The notes beneath the pieces were generated by a model that did not search any database, was not told where the DNA came from, and saw nothing but the letters and a program-made list of their open reading frames with translations. DNA of 64,000 nucleotides from Candidatus Sumerlaeota bacterium. Lineage in GTDB: Bacteria; Sumerlaeota; Sumerlaeia; Sumerlaeales; Sumerlaeaceae. Where the stretch lies: contig JAAZBM010000014.1 of NCBI GenBank assembly GCA_012513815.1, forward strand, positions 376,568-440,567, read 5' to 3'. Within the stretch, counting starts at the first letter, position 1. Each line of letters opens with the position of its first letter. Below are positions 41,202 to 50,900 of the stretch, piece by piece. The position numbers were made by a program, and so were the translations under genes.

Positions 41202-42221
41202 ATGCAAAAGCCAGACGATAACAATCAGGAAGAGGCCGCTCGGAAAATCGAAGCGAACATCCGCCCCGAAGTTGCCGAGATTGTGCGCTACGTAGAACGA
41301 ATCATCAAGAGCAAACGCGGCGTCACACTCATCGCGTTGGCCGCCATCCTGTCACGCGGACACGTCCTCTTCGAGGATGTCCCCGGAACAGGCAAAACCA
41401 CACTGGCAAGCCTCCTCGCAAACAGCCTCGACCTCTCATTCGCCCACGTCCAAATGACCAGCGACATGCTACCGTCAGACATACTGGGGTCAATGATATT
41501 CGACCCGGACAAGCGAAAATTCGAATTCCATCCCGGTCCGATTTTCGCCAACGTCATCATGGCAGACGAACTCAACCGCACATCGCCACGCACCCAAAGC
41601 GCGCTACTCGAAGCCATGGGCGCGGCCAGCGTCACAGTTGACCGACAAACACACAAACTGCCACAGCCATTTATCGTACTGGCAACACAAAACCCGAGAG
41701 AAATCCACGGAACATACCCGCTGCCGACAAGCCAGCTCGACCGTTTCCTCGTCAGACTCCACATGGGCTACCCTGACCCACAATCCGAGGCGACCATCCT
41801 GCGGGAACAGCAAACCTTCTACGCCGAACAAAGCGAGATACAAAACGCCAAACCCGTATTCAACACCGAACGCCTGATACAAATACAAAACGAAATCACC
41901 CAAATCAAAGTCGACCAGACCCTTATCGACGCCATCATCCGACTCGCCAACGCGACACGCAACAGCAAGCGGCTCGAACTGGGCCTCAGCACACGCGCGG
42001 CACTAGGCCTCAGACGCATGGCACAGGCATGGGCATGGATGCAAAACCGCGACTACATCATCCCGGACGACATCAAACAACTCGTCATCCCCGTATGCGC
42101 CCACCGCATCATCACCACACACCGATTCAACACAACCGAAACAAACACCCAAAACACCACCCAAACCCCCGAAGAAACCGCAATGCAACAAATCCTCAGC
42201 GAATTCACATGGGAATGGTAA
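41202..42221 (+). CDS. moxR: MoxR-family AAA+ ATPase
   Basis: Walker A PGTGKTTLA, Walker B IMADELNR, and sensor regions. No DUF58/VWA partner lies downstream. Confidence 0.85.
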   Translation: MQKPDDNNQEEAARKIEANIRPEVAEIVRYVERIIKSKRGVTLIALAAILSRGHVLFEDVPGTGKTTLASLLANSLDLSFAHVQMTSDMLPSDILGSMIFDPDKRKFEFHPGPIFANVIMADELNRTSPRTQSALLEAMGAASVTVDRQTHKLPQPFIVLATQNPREIHGTYPLPTSQLDRFLVRLHMGYPDPQSEATILREQQTFYAEQSEIQNAKPVFNTERLIQIQNEITQIKVDQTLIDAIIRLANATRNSKRLELGLSTRAALGLRRMAQAWAWMQNRDYIIPDDIKQLVIPVCAHRIITTHRFNTTETNTQNTTQTPEETAMQQILSEFTWEW

Positions 42222-42242
42222 CCCGCCGACACCTCCCCCGCC

Positions 42243-42285
42243 AAACAAACCTTGTGGCGTAGCCAACAACACCCGCTACGCCACA
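42243..42285 (-). terminator. Hairpin terminator between convergent moxR and the AT-rich orphan gene
   Basis: Perfect 10-11 bp inverted repeat GTGGCGTAGC...GCTACGCCAC, followed on the minus strand by TTTGTTTGG. Confidence 0.45.
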
Positions 42286-42316
42286 GGCAACACTAACAAC
42301 AAAAACTACTGCAATT

Positions 42317-43414
42317 CTATTTTGAAAGCTCTTTCTTAATCTCCCTATTAAGCTCATCCCTTTCTTCTTTAGAAAGATCTGCATAAGCGAACAGCGGAAT
42401 ATCATACCAATCCCCGAACATCTCGTAAATTTTCGCGGAAGCCTCGCATAGTTTATCTATAACATTTTCATCTTTGCTTGTAATGGAATTAAACTTAATG
42501 ATAGATTCCGGTTTATAGTAGAGTGGTCCATCGTCCCCGATACATACATTAGTTACTCGCTCGTCCGGAACGCAACACAGCTCACCGGGAATGTTTGAAT
42601 AAAAACCTTGACATCGAAGTTCCCGCAAAATGAGGGGAATCTTAATCATCATTTTTTTCTTGCCACTACCAAGACCCTCAATACGCCGCATTTCCAACAT
42701 AAATTTCCTATAGGTGCCTTTTTCACCTGCTTTTTTTAGTTCTCGAATTATATTTATTTTGTCGTCCCAATTATCTGCAAGAATGCCAATACTCTTGAAG
42801 ATGTCTCCTCGAAAGGTTATTCTTTTCCTTGGGTTAGTATCGAAAACGAAATTCTTAATTACTTCACGATAACTGGCAAGGATTTCAGTCTTTATATCTT
42901 CTGACCTCCCTTCACCTGCCCAACATTTGTAGTTATCATAATCTTTTCCTTCATTTTTGCTCATATAACGTAAATAGGTCACAAAACATGCAGCATTCTC
43001 CCATTGCCCTAATCTAGACCATGCAACAGCCAAAACGAATAATAGGAACAAATCCTTTTTTTGGGACAAATCCAATTTCATGGATTCTCCATTAGGTAGT
43101 TTAATATGGAAAGCGCTGACCCACCCGGCGTAACAATATTTTGGATCTTTTTTAGAATTCCTTTTGTTGGGATTACAATTGAGGTAAGAAAACTTGTTTT
43201 TTTTGACTTCTGCCGTCTTTGACAACTTCTCATCGACTATTTCCTCTATCTTTTTGCGCAACTTATCAGCTATAATTCTCTCTGCATCCGTTATTTCAAC
43301 TTTCAAATCTTTCTTCGTTGACTTCTCATTCGTCTTTGCCATAGTAGTTTTCCTTTCAGTTGCAACGTCAACATTTTTCATCTTCGAATCATCAATTGAA
43401 CACAAATGACACAC
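42317..43414 (-). CDS. AT-rich orphan hypothetical protein (Lys-rich N-terminus). GTG start at 43414; alternative ATG starts at 43381 and 43342
   Basis: 365-aa ORF of visibly lower GC than its flanks. No recognisable family motif. Preceded by the conserved leader element. Confidence 0.5.
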   Translation of the reverse strand: MCHLCSIDDSKMKNVDVATERKTTMAKTNEKSTKKDLKVEITDAERIIADKLRKKIEEIVDEKLSKTAEVKKNKFSYLNCNPNKRNSKKDPKYCYAGWVSAFHIKLPNGESMKLDLSQKKDLFLLFVLAVAWSRLGQWENAACFVTYLRYMSKNEGKDYDNYKCWAGEGRSEDIKTEILASYREVIKNFVFDTNPRKRITFRGDIFKSIGILADNWDDKINIIRELKKAGEKGTYRKFMLEMRRIEGLGSGKKKMMIKIPLILRELRCQGFYSNIPGELCCVPDERVTNVCIGDDGPLYYKPESIIKFNSITSKDENVIDKLCEASAKIYEMFGDWYDIPLFAYADLSKEERDELNREIKKELSK

Positions 43415-43479
43415 TTGCGACAGTTGTGTGCCGGCTAATAATCCATCACATCTTTTCCTATATTACTAACCTCGGGGGC

Positions 43480-43555
43480 TTGACCAACCCGGCCAAGACC
43501 CCTTTTACTTCTCACTGATACTATGCTCGCGCGAGGCAACACCCCGCCGCCCCTA
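43480..43555 (-). promoter_or_regulatory. Conserved GC-rich upstream element, copy 1 (upstream of the orphan gene)
   Basis: Plus-strand core CTTGACCAACCCGGCCAAGACCCCTTTTACTTCTCACTGATACTATGCTCGCGCGAGGCAACACCCC, shared with copies at 46330 and 47597. Confidence 0.5.
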
Positions 43556-43593
43556 CGCTCCGTGCTATCGGAGCGAGAGTGACGACGCCGACG

Positions 43594-46281
43594 TTATTCA
43601 TCTTCATCATCTTCATCCTCGTCTTCATCATCCTCGGGTTCATTGCCGTCGTCCTCGGGTTCATCGTCACCGGTTTCGAATGTATCCTCGGAGTCGTCGT
43701 TAGGAGGCCAAATCAACCGTGGGGAGTCCGCACCTTCATCAATCGTCCACACTTTCTCAAAATCCCAGCCTTCAAAAGTCGACTGTCGCTTCATCTCGTC
43801 TGTCGTTCTTGCCTCCTCCGTTTGTTCTTTTAATCCGGCTGTATCACTGTTGTAATAGCCGACTAAAGGACCAACGCCCACACCGTTCCCCACCAGACCA
43901 CGATTACAATCGGCACCACTCACACGACCTGTCGCGTAACAATTATTAATATAGCCATTTTCATCATACCCCACCAGGCCGCCAATGCAACTGTCACCCG
44001 ACCATTTATTAGCACATTCCACATCACTGTCTCTTACGTAGCAATCCTCGATGCTGCCATCAGAATACCCAACCAGCCCACCGGCAATAGTAGTACATTC
44101 GACCTCGTTTACTTTTAGTTCACAATTATTAGTATAGCAACGTTCTATCCTCCCGGAAGAGTGACCGACAAGACCCCCGACATAAACATCACCACAATCA
44201 TCTTGGGATCTGCCACCACCAAGAACTTCACAATTCTCAAGACCAAGATTCTTAATGATGGATTTCTTTCCGGTATACCCAAATAATCCAACACCTAGAC
44301 GCTTTCCGCGATTGATGTGAAGTCCTTTAATAATCTTGCCGTTGCCGTCGAATACACCCGTGAAGCAATCTTCGCTCCAACCAAGTGGCTCAAAATCTTC
44401 ACGAGTCTCCGACGCGTCGATGTCATTCATCAAAACATAATGACCGGCAAGGTCATCTTTCACCGCCTGTAATTCGGCAAGTGTGCGAATCTCGTACATT
44501 TTACGGAAATACGCGACAGCACTCTTGTGACTATCCATCACCATCGTTGTACTAGCGGTGGTCGCGTCAGCAACATTTCTACCAAGCCAGCCGTCGAAAA
44601 CATAACCATCAGAAGGTGTCGCGATCAGCGAAACTGTTTCTCCATAAGAATACTTCGCGCCGGATGGCGTTACCGTACCACTGCCAATGGCAGAGACAAC
44701 CAACGAGCACTCGTCACCAAACTCACGGAGATACGGATACGACACACCCTCGACAATCTGCCAAGTCTTAGCGAAATCCCAGCCGTCAAAAGTCGACTGC
44801 TGATACATCTCCTCCGTCGTCTTCGCCTCACCCTTGCCCGTGTCACTTTGCCCCGTCGTCTGACTGTCGTAATAACAAGTCGTGATTGTGCCATTTTCCT
44901 GCAGCCCCACCAAGCCGCCAATAGACCTTCCGCCGCGCACGCTGCCCGTCGCGTAACAATTCGTGATTGTGCCATAAGATTCCCCCACCAGGCCGCCAAC
45001 AGTCCAACGGCCGCTCACACGACCCGTTGCGTAACAAGTCGTGATTGTGCCATAAGATTCTCCCAACAAGCCGCCGACATACTCCTTGCCACTCACACGG
45101 CCCGTCGCGTAACAATTCGTGATTGTGCCACCATTCCGTTGAAGCCCCACCAGGCCGCCGACATATTTCTTGCCGCTCACGCTATTGTCCTCGAGACCAA
45201 GGTCTTTGATAGTGGAATCTTCACCCGTTTTTCCAAACAGACCGATATAGTCTGCATTCCTGCGTTTGATAGTAAGCCCAATAATCTTTTTGCCGTTGCC
45301 ATCAAATACACCAGTGAACGGCTCGTCCTCCGTTCCAATCGGCTCAAAACCGGCGCCATCATTCCACGTCTTTGTCTCCGACGCGTCGATGTCATTCATC
45401 AAAACATAATGACCTGCAAGGTCATCCTTCACTGCCTGTAATTCGGCGAGTGTGCGAATCTCGTACATTTTACGGAAATGCGCAATAATTTTCTTGCTGC
45501 AGTCCATCACCATCGTTGTACTAGCGGCAGTCGCGTCAGCAACATTTCCACCACCCCAACCGTCGAAGAAATAACCATCAGAAGGTGTCGCAATCAGCGA
45601 AACAGTTTCTCCATAAGAATACTTCGCGCCGGATGACCTTACCGTACCACTGCCAATGGCAGAGACAACCAACGAACACTCCTCACCAAACTCACGGAGA
45701 TACGGATACGACATACCCTCGACAAGCTGCCAAGTCTTAGTGAAATCCCAGCCTTCAAAAGTTGCCTGTTGCTTTATCTCCTCCGTTGTCTTCGCCTCAC
45801 CCTTGCCCGTGTCACTTTGCCCCGTCGTCTGACTGTCGTAATAACAAGTCGTGATTGTACCCTGAGAATACCCCACCAGGCCGCCAACCATTTTATCGCC
45901 ACTCACACGGCCCGTCACGTAACAAGTCGTGATTGTGCCATCAGAACACCCCACCAAGCCGCCGACATACCAACTGCCTCTCACGCTGCCTCCCTCGAGA
46001 CCAAGGTCTTTGATTGTACAATCTTTACCCGTATAGCCAAACAGACCAACGTTGTTCGTCTTCGGGCGGTTGATGGTAAGCCCAATAATCTTTTTGCCAT
46101 TGCCATCGAAAACACCCGTGAACGGCGTGTCTCCAGTACCAATCGGCTCAAAACCGGCGCCATCATTCCACGTCTTTGTCTCCGACGCATCGATGTCATT
46201 CATCAAAACATAATGACCTGCAAGGTCATCCATAACTGCCTGTAATTCGGGGAGAGTGCGAATCTCATAAGTTCTTGCCAT
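43594..46281 (-). CDS. GLUG-motif repeat protein with three ~300-aa tandem modules and an acidic C-terminal tail
   Basis: Repeated YVGGLVGxSxGTITNCYATGRVSG (GLUG-like) blocks. Three copies of the module starting YEIRTLAELQAVKDDLAGHYVLMNDIDASE. C-terminal EDDEDEDEDDEDE. Start is ATG 46281 after RBS GGGAGA; the ORF-track TTG extension MVGRIT translates the RBS. Confidence 0.75.
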   Translation of the reverse strand: MARTYEIRTLPELQAVMDDLAGHYVLMNDIDASETKTWNDGAGFEPIGTGDTPFTGVFDGNGKKIIGLTINRPKTNNVGLFGYTGKDCTIKDLGLEGGSVRGSWYVGGLVGCSDGTITTCYVTGRVSGDKMVGGLVGYSQGTITTCYYDSQTTGQSDTGKGEAKTTEEIKQQATFEGWDFTKTWQLVEGMSYPYLREFGEECSLVVSAIGSGTVRSSGAKYSYGETVSLIATPSDGYFFDGWGGGNVADATAASTTMVMDCSKKIIAHFRKMYEIRTLAELQAVKDDLAGHYVLMNDIDASETKTWNDGAGFEPIGTEDEPFTGVFDGNGKKIIGLTIKRRNADYIGLFGKTGEDSTIKDLGLEDNSVSGKKYVGGLVGLQRNGGTITNCYATGRVSGKEYVGGLLGESYGTITTCYATGRVSGRWTVGGLVGESYGTITNCYATGSVRGGRSIGGLVGLQENGTITTCYYDSQTTGQSDTGKGEAKTTEEMYQQSTFDGWDFAKTWQIVEGVSYPYLREFGDECSLVVSAIGSGTVTPSGAKYSYGETVSLIATPSDGYVFDGWLGRNVADATTASTTMVMDSHKSAVAYFRKMYEIRTLAELQAVKDDLAGHYVLMNDIDASETREDFEPLGWSEDCFTGVFDGNGKIIKGLHINRGKRLGVGLFGYTGKKSIIKNLGLENCEVLGGGRSQDDCGDVYVGGLVGHSSGRIERCYTNNCELKVNEVECTTIAGGLVGYSDGSIEDCYVRDSDVECANKWSGDSCIGGLVGYDENGYINNCYATGRVSGADCNRGLVGNGVGVGPLVGYYNSDTAGLKEQTEEARTTDEMKRQSTFEGWDFEKVWTIDEGADSPRLIWPPNDDSEDTFETGDDEPEDDGNEPEDDEDEDEDDEDE

Positions 46282-46329
46282 GGTAATTCTCCCTACCAAT
46301 ATTGATATTTCAGTTTCTAAACCTCAGGC

Positions 46330-46400
46330 CTTGACCAACCCGGCCAAAACCCCTTTACGACTCACTGATACTGTGCTCGCACGAGGCAACACCCCCGCCA
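46330..46400 (-). promoter_or_regulatory. Conserved GC-rich upstream element, copy 2 (upstream of the 895-aa GLUG gene)
   Basis: CTTGACCAACCCGGCCAAAACCCCTTTACGACTCACTGATACTGTGCTCGCACGAGGCAACACCCCCGCC. Flanking similarity to copy 3 extends to about 46440. Confidence 0.5.
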
Positions 46401-46615
46401 TCACGATAAAACGAAAACCAAAACCAACTACTACTAAAGCTTCTCACATAATTAATGAATGACAATAACTCATTACTAAATATCTTTTGCTTTTTCCGTC
46501 ATTCAATCAATTTGCGTCCCATTGGTCATGTTTTTAGTATTCGCTGATTCCCGCTCAAATAGTCAAAAACTCAACATATATCATCATTGGTGATGACGAA
46601 CAAGACATAACACTG

Positions 46616-47548
46616 TTACTCTTTGCGCCAAATAATCTTATTCAGTTGAGAATGGCTCAAGCCTTCATCAATCGTCCAAACCTTCTCAAAATCCAAGTCT
46701 TCAAAAGTCGACTGCTGATACATCTCCACGGTTGCCCCAGATATCCCAGAATCATTGCCATCTAACTTTGCGGTTTGCTTATCATAATAACTGTTTGCGA
46801 CAGTCCCACAACGTTGATTCCCAACTAGCCCACCAACACAACGACCTCCTCTCACACTACCGGACACATAGCAATTGACAATCGTATTCCCTTGACAGCT
46901 CTTGCCATTTTGGCTCCCCGCTAAGCCGCCAACAATCTTTTTGCCGCTCACGCTACCACTCACGTAACAATTCATAATTGTCCCACTTGTAGAACCCACC
47001 AGGCCGCCAATTATCAGACCATTACCAACGCTACCTGCCGCGTAACAACATATGATTGCACCACGAGCTATTCCGACTAGGCCGCCAACAAGAAAAATCC
47101 CACTCACGCTGCCACTCGCGTAACAATTCATAATTGTCCCACTTGCAGAACACGCCAAACCGCCGATAACCATTCGACCACTCACGCTGTTCGTCGCGTA
47201 ACAATTCGTTATCGTACCCAGTGCAGAACCCACCAGCCCGCCAACATAATACTTGCCGCTCACGCTGCCACCATCGAGACCAAGATTCTTGATTGTGGAT
47301 TTCTTCCCAATGCAGCCAAACAAACCGACATGGATGGTCTTCGGACGGTTGATAGTAAGCCCAATAATCTTTTTGCCATTGCCATCAAACACACCCTTAA
47401 ACGATCTAATCGGCTCGAAACCGGCGCCATCATTCCACGATGCCGTCTCCGATGCATCAATGTCATTCATCAAAACATAATGACCTGCAAGGTCATTCTT
47501 CACGGCCTGTAATTCGGCAAGTGTGCGAATTTTATAAGTTTTTACCAT
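46616..47548 (-). CDS. GLUG-motif repeat protein, single-module paralogue
   Basis: Same N-terminal module (MVKTYKIRTLAELQAVKNDLAGHYVLMNDIDASE) plus GLUG-like blocks. Start is ATG 47548 after RBS GGGAGA. Confidence 0.75.
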   Translation of the reverse strand: MVKTYKIRTLAELQAVKNDLAGHYVLMNDIDASETASWNDGAGFEPIRSFKGVFDGNGKKIIGLTINRPKTIHVGLFGCIGKKSTIKNLGLDGGSVSGKYYVGGLVGSALGTITNCYATNSVSGRMVIGGLACSASGTIMNCYASGSVSGIFLVGGLVGIARGAIICCYAAGSVGNGLIIGGLVGSTSGTIMNCYVSGSVSGKKIVGGLAGSQNGKSCQGNTIVNCYVSGSVRGGRCVGGLVGNQRCGTVANSYYDKQTAKLDGNDSGISGATVEMYQQSTFEDLDFEKVWTIDEGLSHSQLNKIIWRKE

Positions 47549-47596
47549 AGTAATTCTCCCTATCAATATTGATATTTTAGTTTTTAAACCTCAGAT

Positions 47597-47666
47597 CTTG
47601 ACCAACTAGGCCAAAACCCCTTTACTACTCACTGATACTATTCTCGCACGAAGCAACACCCCCTCC
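47597..47666 (-). promoter_or_regulatory. Conserved GC-rich upstream element, copy 3 (upstream of the 310-aa GLUG gene)
   Basis: CTTGACCAACTAGGCCAAAACCCCTTTACTACTCACTGATACTATTCTCGCACGAAGCAACACCCCCTCC. Flanking similarity to copy 2 extends to about 47709. Confidence 0.5.
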
Positions 47667-47919
47667 ATCGCGATAAAACGAAAACCCAAACGCAACTACT
47701 ACTAAAGTTCACATACTTCAAGTTAATGTAAAGGATTATATAATCTATTATACATTTGATTAATTCGCTTAGTCGACACAGCGGCGTCCTTTAGGTCAAT
47801 AATGCAAAATAATGCATTTTTACACAAAATCCAACGAAATTATCTTATGCGACTTGATTGTCAGTTATGTTTTTTTCCGATGTAGGAAAGACAAAAATAA
47901 TAGATTTTGCGCTCTTGCG

Positions 47920-47949
47920 GGAGTGGCTCGGCGTTGGGGGAGCCACTCC
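47920..47949 (-). terminator. Hairpin downstream of the 1295-aa gene (putative terminator)
   Basis: Perfect 10-bp inverted repeat GGAGTGGCTC ... GAGCCACTCC, 15 nt beyond the stop codon. No clean U-tract. Confidence 0.35.
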
Positions 47950-47964
47950 TTGCGCATTGGGGGC

Positions 47965-50900
47965 TTAGTATTGGCTGTAGGTGTCGACGGACGCGAAGCG
48001 AGTGTAGGTGCCTGTTGCGGTTGTCGTGTTGCCTGTGGTGATGGTGACGCTTTGCGAGGACGGCGCCGACCAACGTTTATCTGTCAATGACTTGTATGTG
48101 ATTGCGTAGTTGCCGACGGCTAGGTCGCTGACGGTCACGCCACTGTTGTTCCATGTGACGCCGTTGTCGATGCTCCACTGTGCACCATCGATCACGGCCT
48201 GGGCGGGCGTGATGGTGACGGACAGCGCTCCGGTTTGTGTGGCGGGCAGCAGGAAGTTCATGACGCGTGCCATGACGCTGTTGCGTTTGCTCTCGTCGAG
48301 GATGGTTTCGAATGGGAAGCCCATGTAGACGAGGCGCGATGTGGTGGGTGTGCCCCACTGGACGGCCGCGACGGCGCCTGTTGTGGCGCTGCCGCCGGTC
48401 AGACGGATGTCATCAAAGCGGACTGTGTTGCTTGCCGCGGTGCCTTTCTTGATCAGGAAGGAGTTGATGCGCACGGGTGATGTCAGGTTGCCGTCGCCGC
48501 TGCCCGCGAACTTGGTGAACGCGTCGCCGTACTTCCACGAGACTTGTTTCCAGCCCGTGAAGTTGAGTGTCATCGGCGTGTAGAGCAGTAGGTCGCCGTC
48601 GTTGTCTTGCAGCATCAGGGCAAATGTGCTGTCCGAATTGTCGCCATAGACCCAGTACGAGATGGTGTTGCCGGACGCGAACGCGTTGTAGTCGGCGCTG
48701 CCGCAATACTCGCGGATGGTGTTGCCGCTACCCCACGTGATGTCCAGTTTCATGGCCGCGGAGCCTTCGTGTTTTGTCACGGTATCAAAAGAGATGGTGG
48801 CGGCTTCGGCGTTGGACTGTCCCGAATAGCCCGGTGCTTTCCAGTTGCCTTGGGTATCGAGCGAATCGAGCTGCGTCCCTGTTCCCGCGCCGTATTCGAG
48901 GGCGGCGGTTGAGCCGTTGAGCGGTTTGATGACGTCGGCCCACTGCACCTGATACCCCGGGCGCACCCAGTCGCTGCCGTCATCAAACGCGATAGTGCTG
49001 TCGAGCCCCTCGAAGATGGAGCCGGCGACAGGTTTGACGCTGTACACGCCCGAGCTGTCTGCGACATAGTCTGTCTTGAGCGTGGCGTTCATGAAGTTGG
49101 CGTCGATGCCCTTCCCTTCAAGCTCCCATGACACCTCGGAACCGCTCAGAAAGAACGCCTTGCCTGTCGTGTTCAGGTAGTTTTTGATGGCCGTTCGGGC
49201 GTTCGCCGGGAGGGATGTGTCGTCCCAGCAGTCAAACGTGCAGACTTCGGCTTCGATACCGGACATCCAGATGACGGCGTCATAGCCACCAAGCAGCACC
49301 CATGTCCCCGTAATCGAATCTTTGTTGCACGAATCGACTTTGATTTTGCGATTGACAGAGGCACAATAGGCATCGATGCCTTTCATGTGCTCGAAAATGT
49401 AGTCGTAACTGTTCATGCGTTCGGGAATCTGGCGATATGTCGTCGCGCCGCCATAGGTGGTTTTGACGCGTGTGGACGGGTCAAGCTTGTTGAACCCCTG
49501 AACGATAAGCACCTTCTTCGCGGCGGCATCGTTTTCCGTGCGCACCGCCAGTGTGTCGCCGGGTTGGCTTTCGCCACCGGCATTCGTTGCGGTCACGCGG
49601 AAATAGTACGTCTTGCCCGGCGTCAGTCCCGTGACCAGATAGGTCGGCGCTCCGGAAGTCGGTGCCGTGATAGTCGCAAACGCATTGGGGAAGGCGCGGC
49701 CATGTTCGCTTTTCCAGATGTGGTAACCGGTGGCGGCGCTAGCGACAGTGCGGCCATTGATGGCTGTCGCGGGAGTGCCCCACGTCAGACGAACCGTCGT
49801 CGGGCTTTCCTGCAAAACGCACAGATTTGTGATAGGTTCGGGCGGATAGACTTTCGTCGTCTTTCCTTTGGCCGCCCAAAAGTCAATGATACCACGCACG
49901 ATACCACGCCCCATGGCTTGCTTGAAGCGCGGATGGTGGTACAACGCCATGTCGGATTCGTTATCGTGGAACAGCCATTCACCCAACAAATTGGGCATGT
50001 TCGCGTAGTAAGGATTGGCCTCCAAATAGCTGCCAGTCATCTTACTATGTTGCGGAATTGGCCCGGGCGAAACATTGAAAATGCCCTGCAAGTCCGCAAG
50101 AATCACCGAGTGAAGCGCATTCTGATAGCTCGTGTTGGACGCCTCGTCGCTGTATCCTGACGAGTCGTTGCGAATGGTCACAAAGCCACGTGCAGAACCG
50201 TTGAAAGCATTCGTGTGACTGGCAAGGTTGGTCGAATCCTGCGACGGAGCACCATAGATTGTGGCTTGGTCTTTCATCCAGCGGGCAAAGCGCGGACGCC
50301 CATACCAGCCGTCATTCTCGTCGCATTGTCTGTCAGTTTCGGCCAATGTTCCGGTGTTGTAGCCGATGCGGACACCGGCGCTGTCGGTCGAATCGTCAGG
50401 CATACCGGTGAACTGCAAATGGTAGCGGGCTTCTTCGAGATAGTTGGAGTAGCCGCTGATGCCGACCGTCCCACGCTTGATGAGTCCCATGCCGCCGCCC
50501 CAACGCACCGCATCAGCGGAAACATAGTACGAGGTGGAACCGGCCACATTGGTCAGTACGACTTTGGCTTTGTCGGGCGCGGCGCCCTGCTCGAAATAGA
50601 AACGCCCGAGCGGAATCCATGTGTTACGCCAACGACGTTGGTCGATGGTACAGTCTGTCACGCCACCGGCATGGTAGACCTTGTACTGAGCCTCGGGGTT
50701 GCGGTTGGTCCACGCAATGTGCGAAACATAAACGTTATACCAGCCCGTCGCGGGGATTTGCGCCGCCCATGTGGCGGTCGCGCTGGCAGACGAAGCGCAA
50801 GAGGTCAGTAATCCGGTGCCTAAGGTAAAGGGATTCGTGCCGGAAGCATAAGGGGCTGACCCATTCTTGTAGGCGCTGACACTGCTGGCTGTCCACGTAC

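Noticed and set aside
42222-42316. Direct repeat of the tRNA-Arg 3' end marking the far boundary of the putative island
   Set aside because: Not found by eye. The island hypothesis is therefore kept at moderate confidence only.
43505-43525. T7-promoter-like string in the conserved element (copy 2 reads TTTACGACTCACTGATAC versus T7 TAATACGACTCACTATAG)
   Set aside because: It is on the strand opposite to the downstream genes. The CGAC positions are not conserved among the three copies (TACTTCTCACT, TACTACTCACT). A partial match of this length is plausibly coincidental.
46282-46299. TTG-initiated N-terminal extensions MVGRIT / MIGRIT of the GLUG genes (also 47549-47566)
   Set aside because: These codons translate the GGGAGA Shine-Dalgarno and spacer. 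The ATG seven nt downstream of the RBS is the credible start.
43480-47666. Integron-like cassette array with the conserved elements as attC sites
   Set aside because: No intI or attI. The elements precede rather than follow their genes. No GTTRRRY core or R/L box symmetry. Copy 2/3 similarity is explained by gene duplication.
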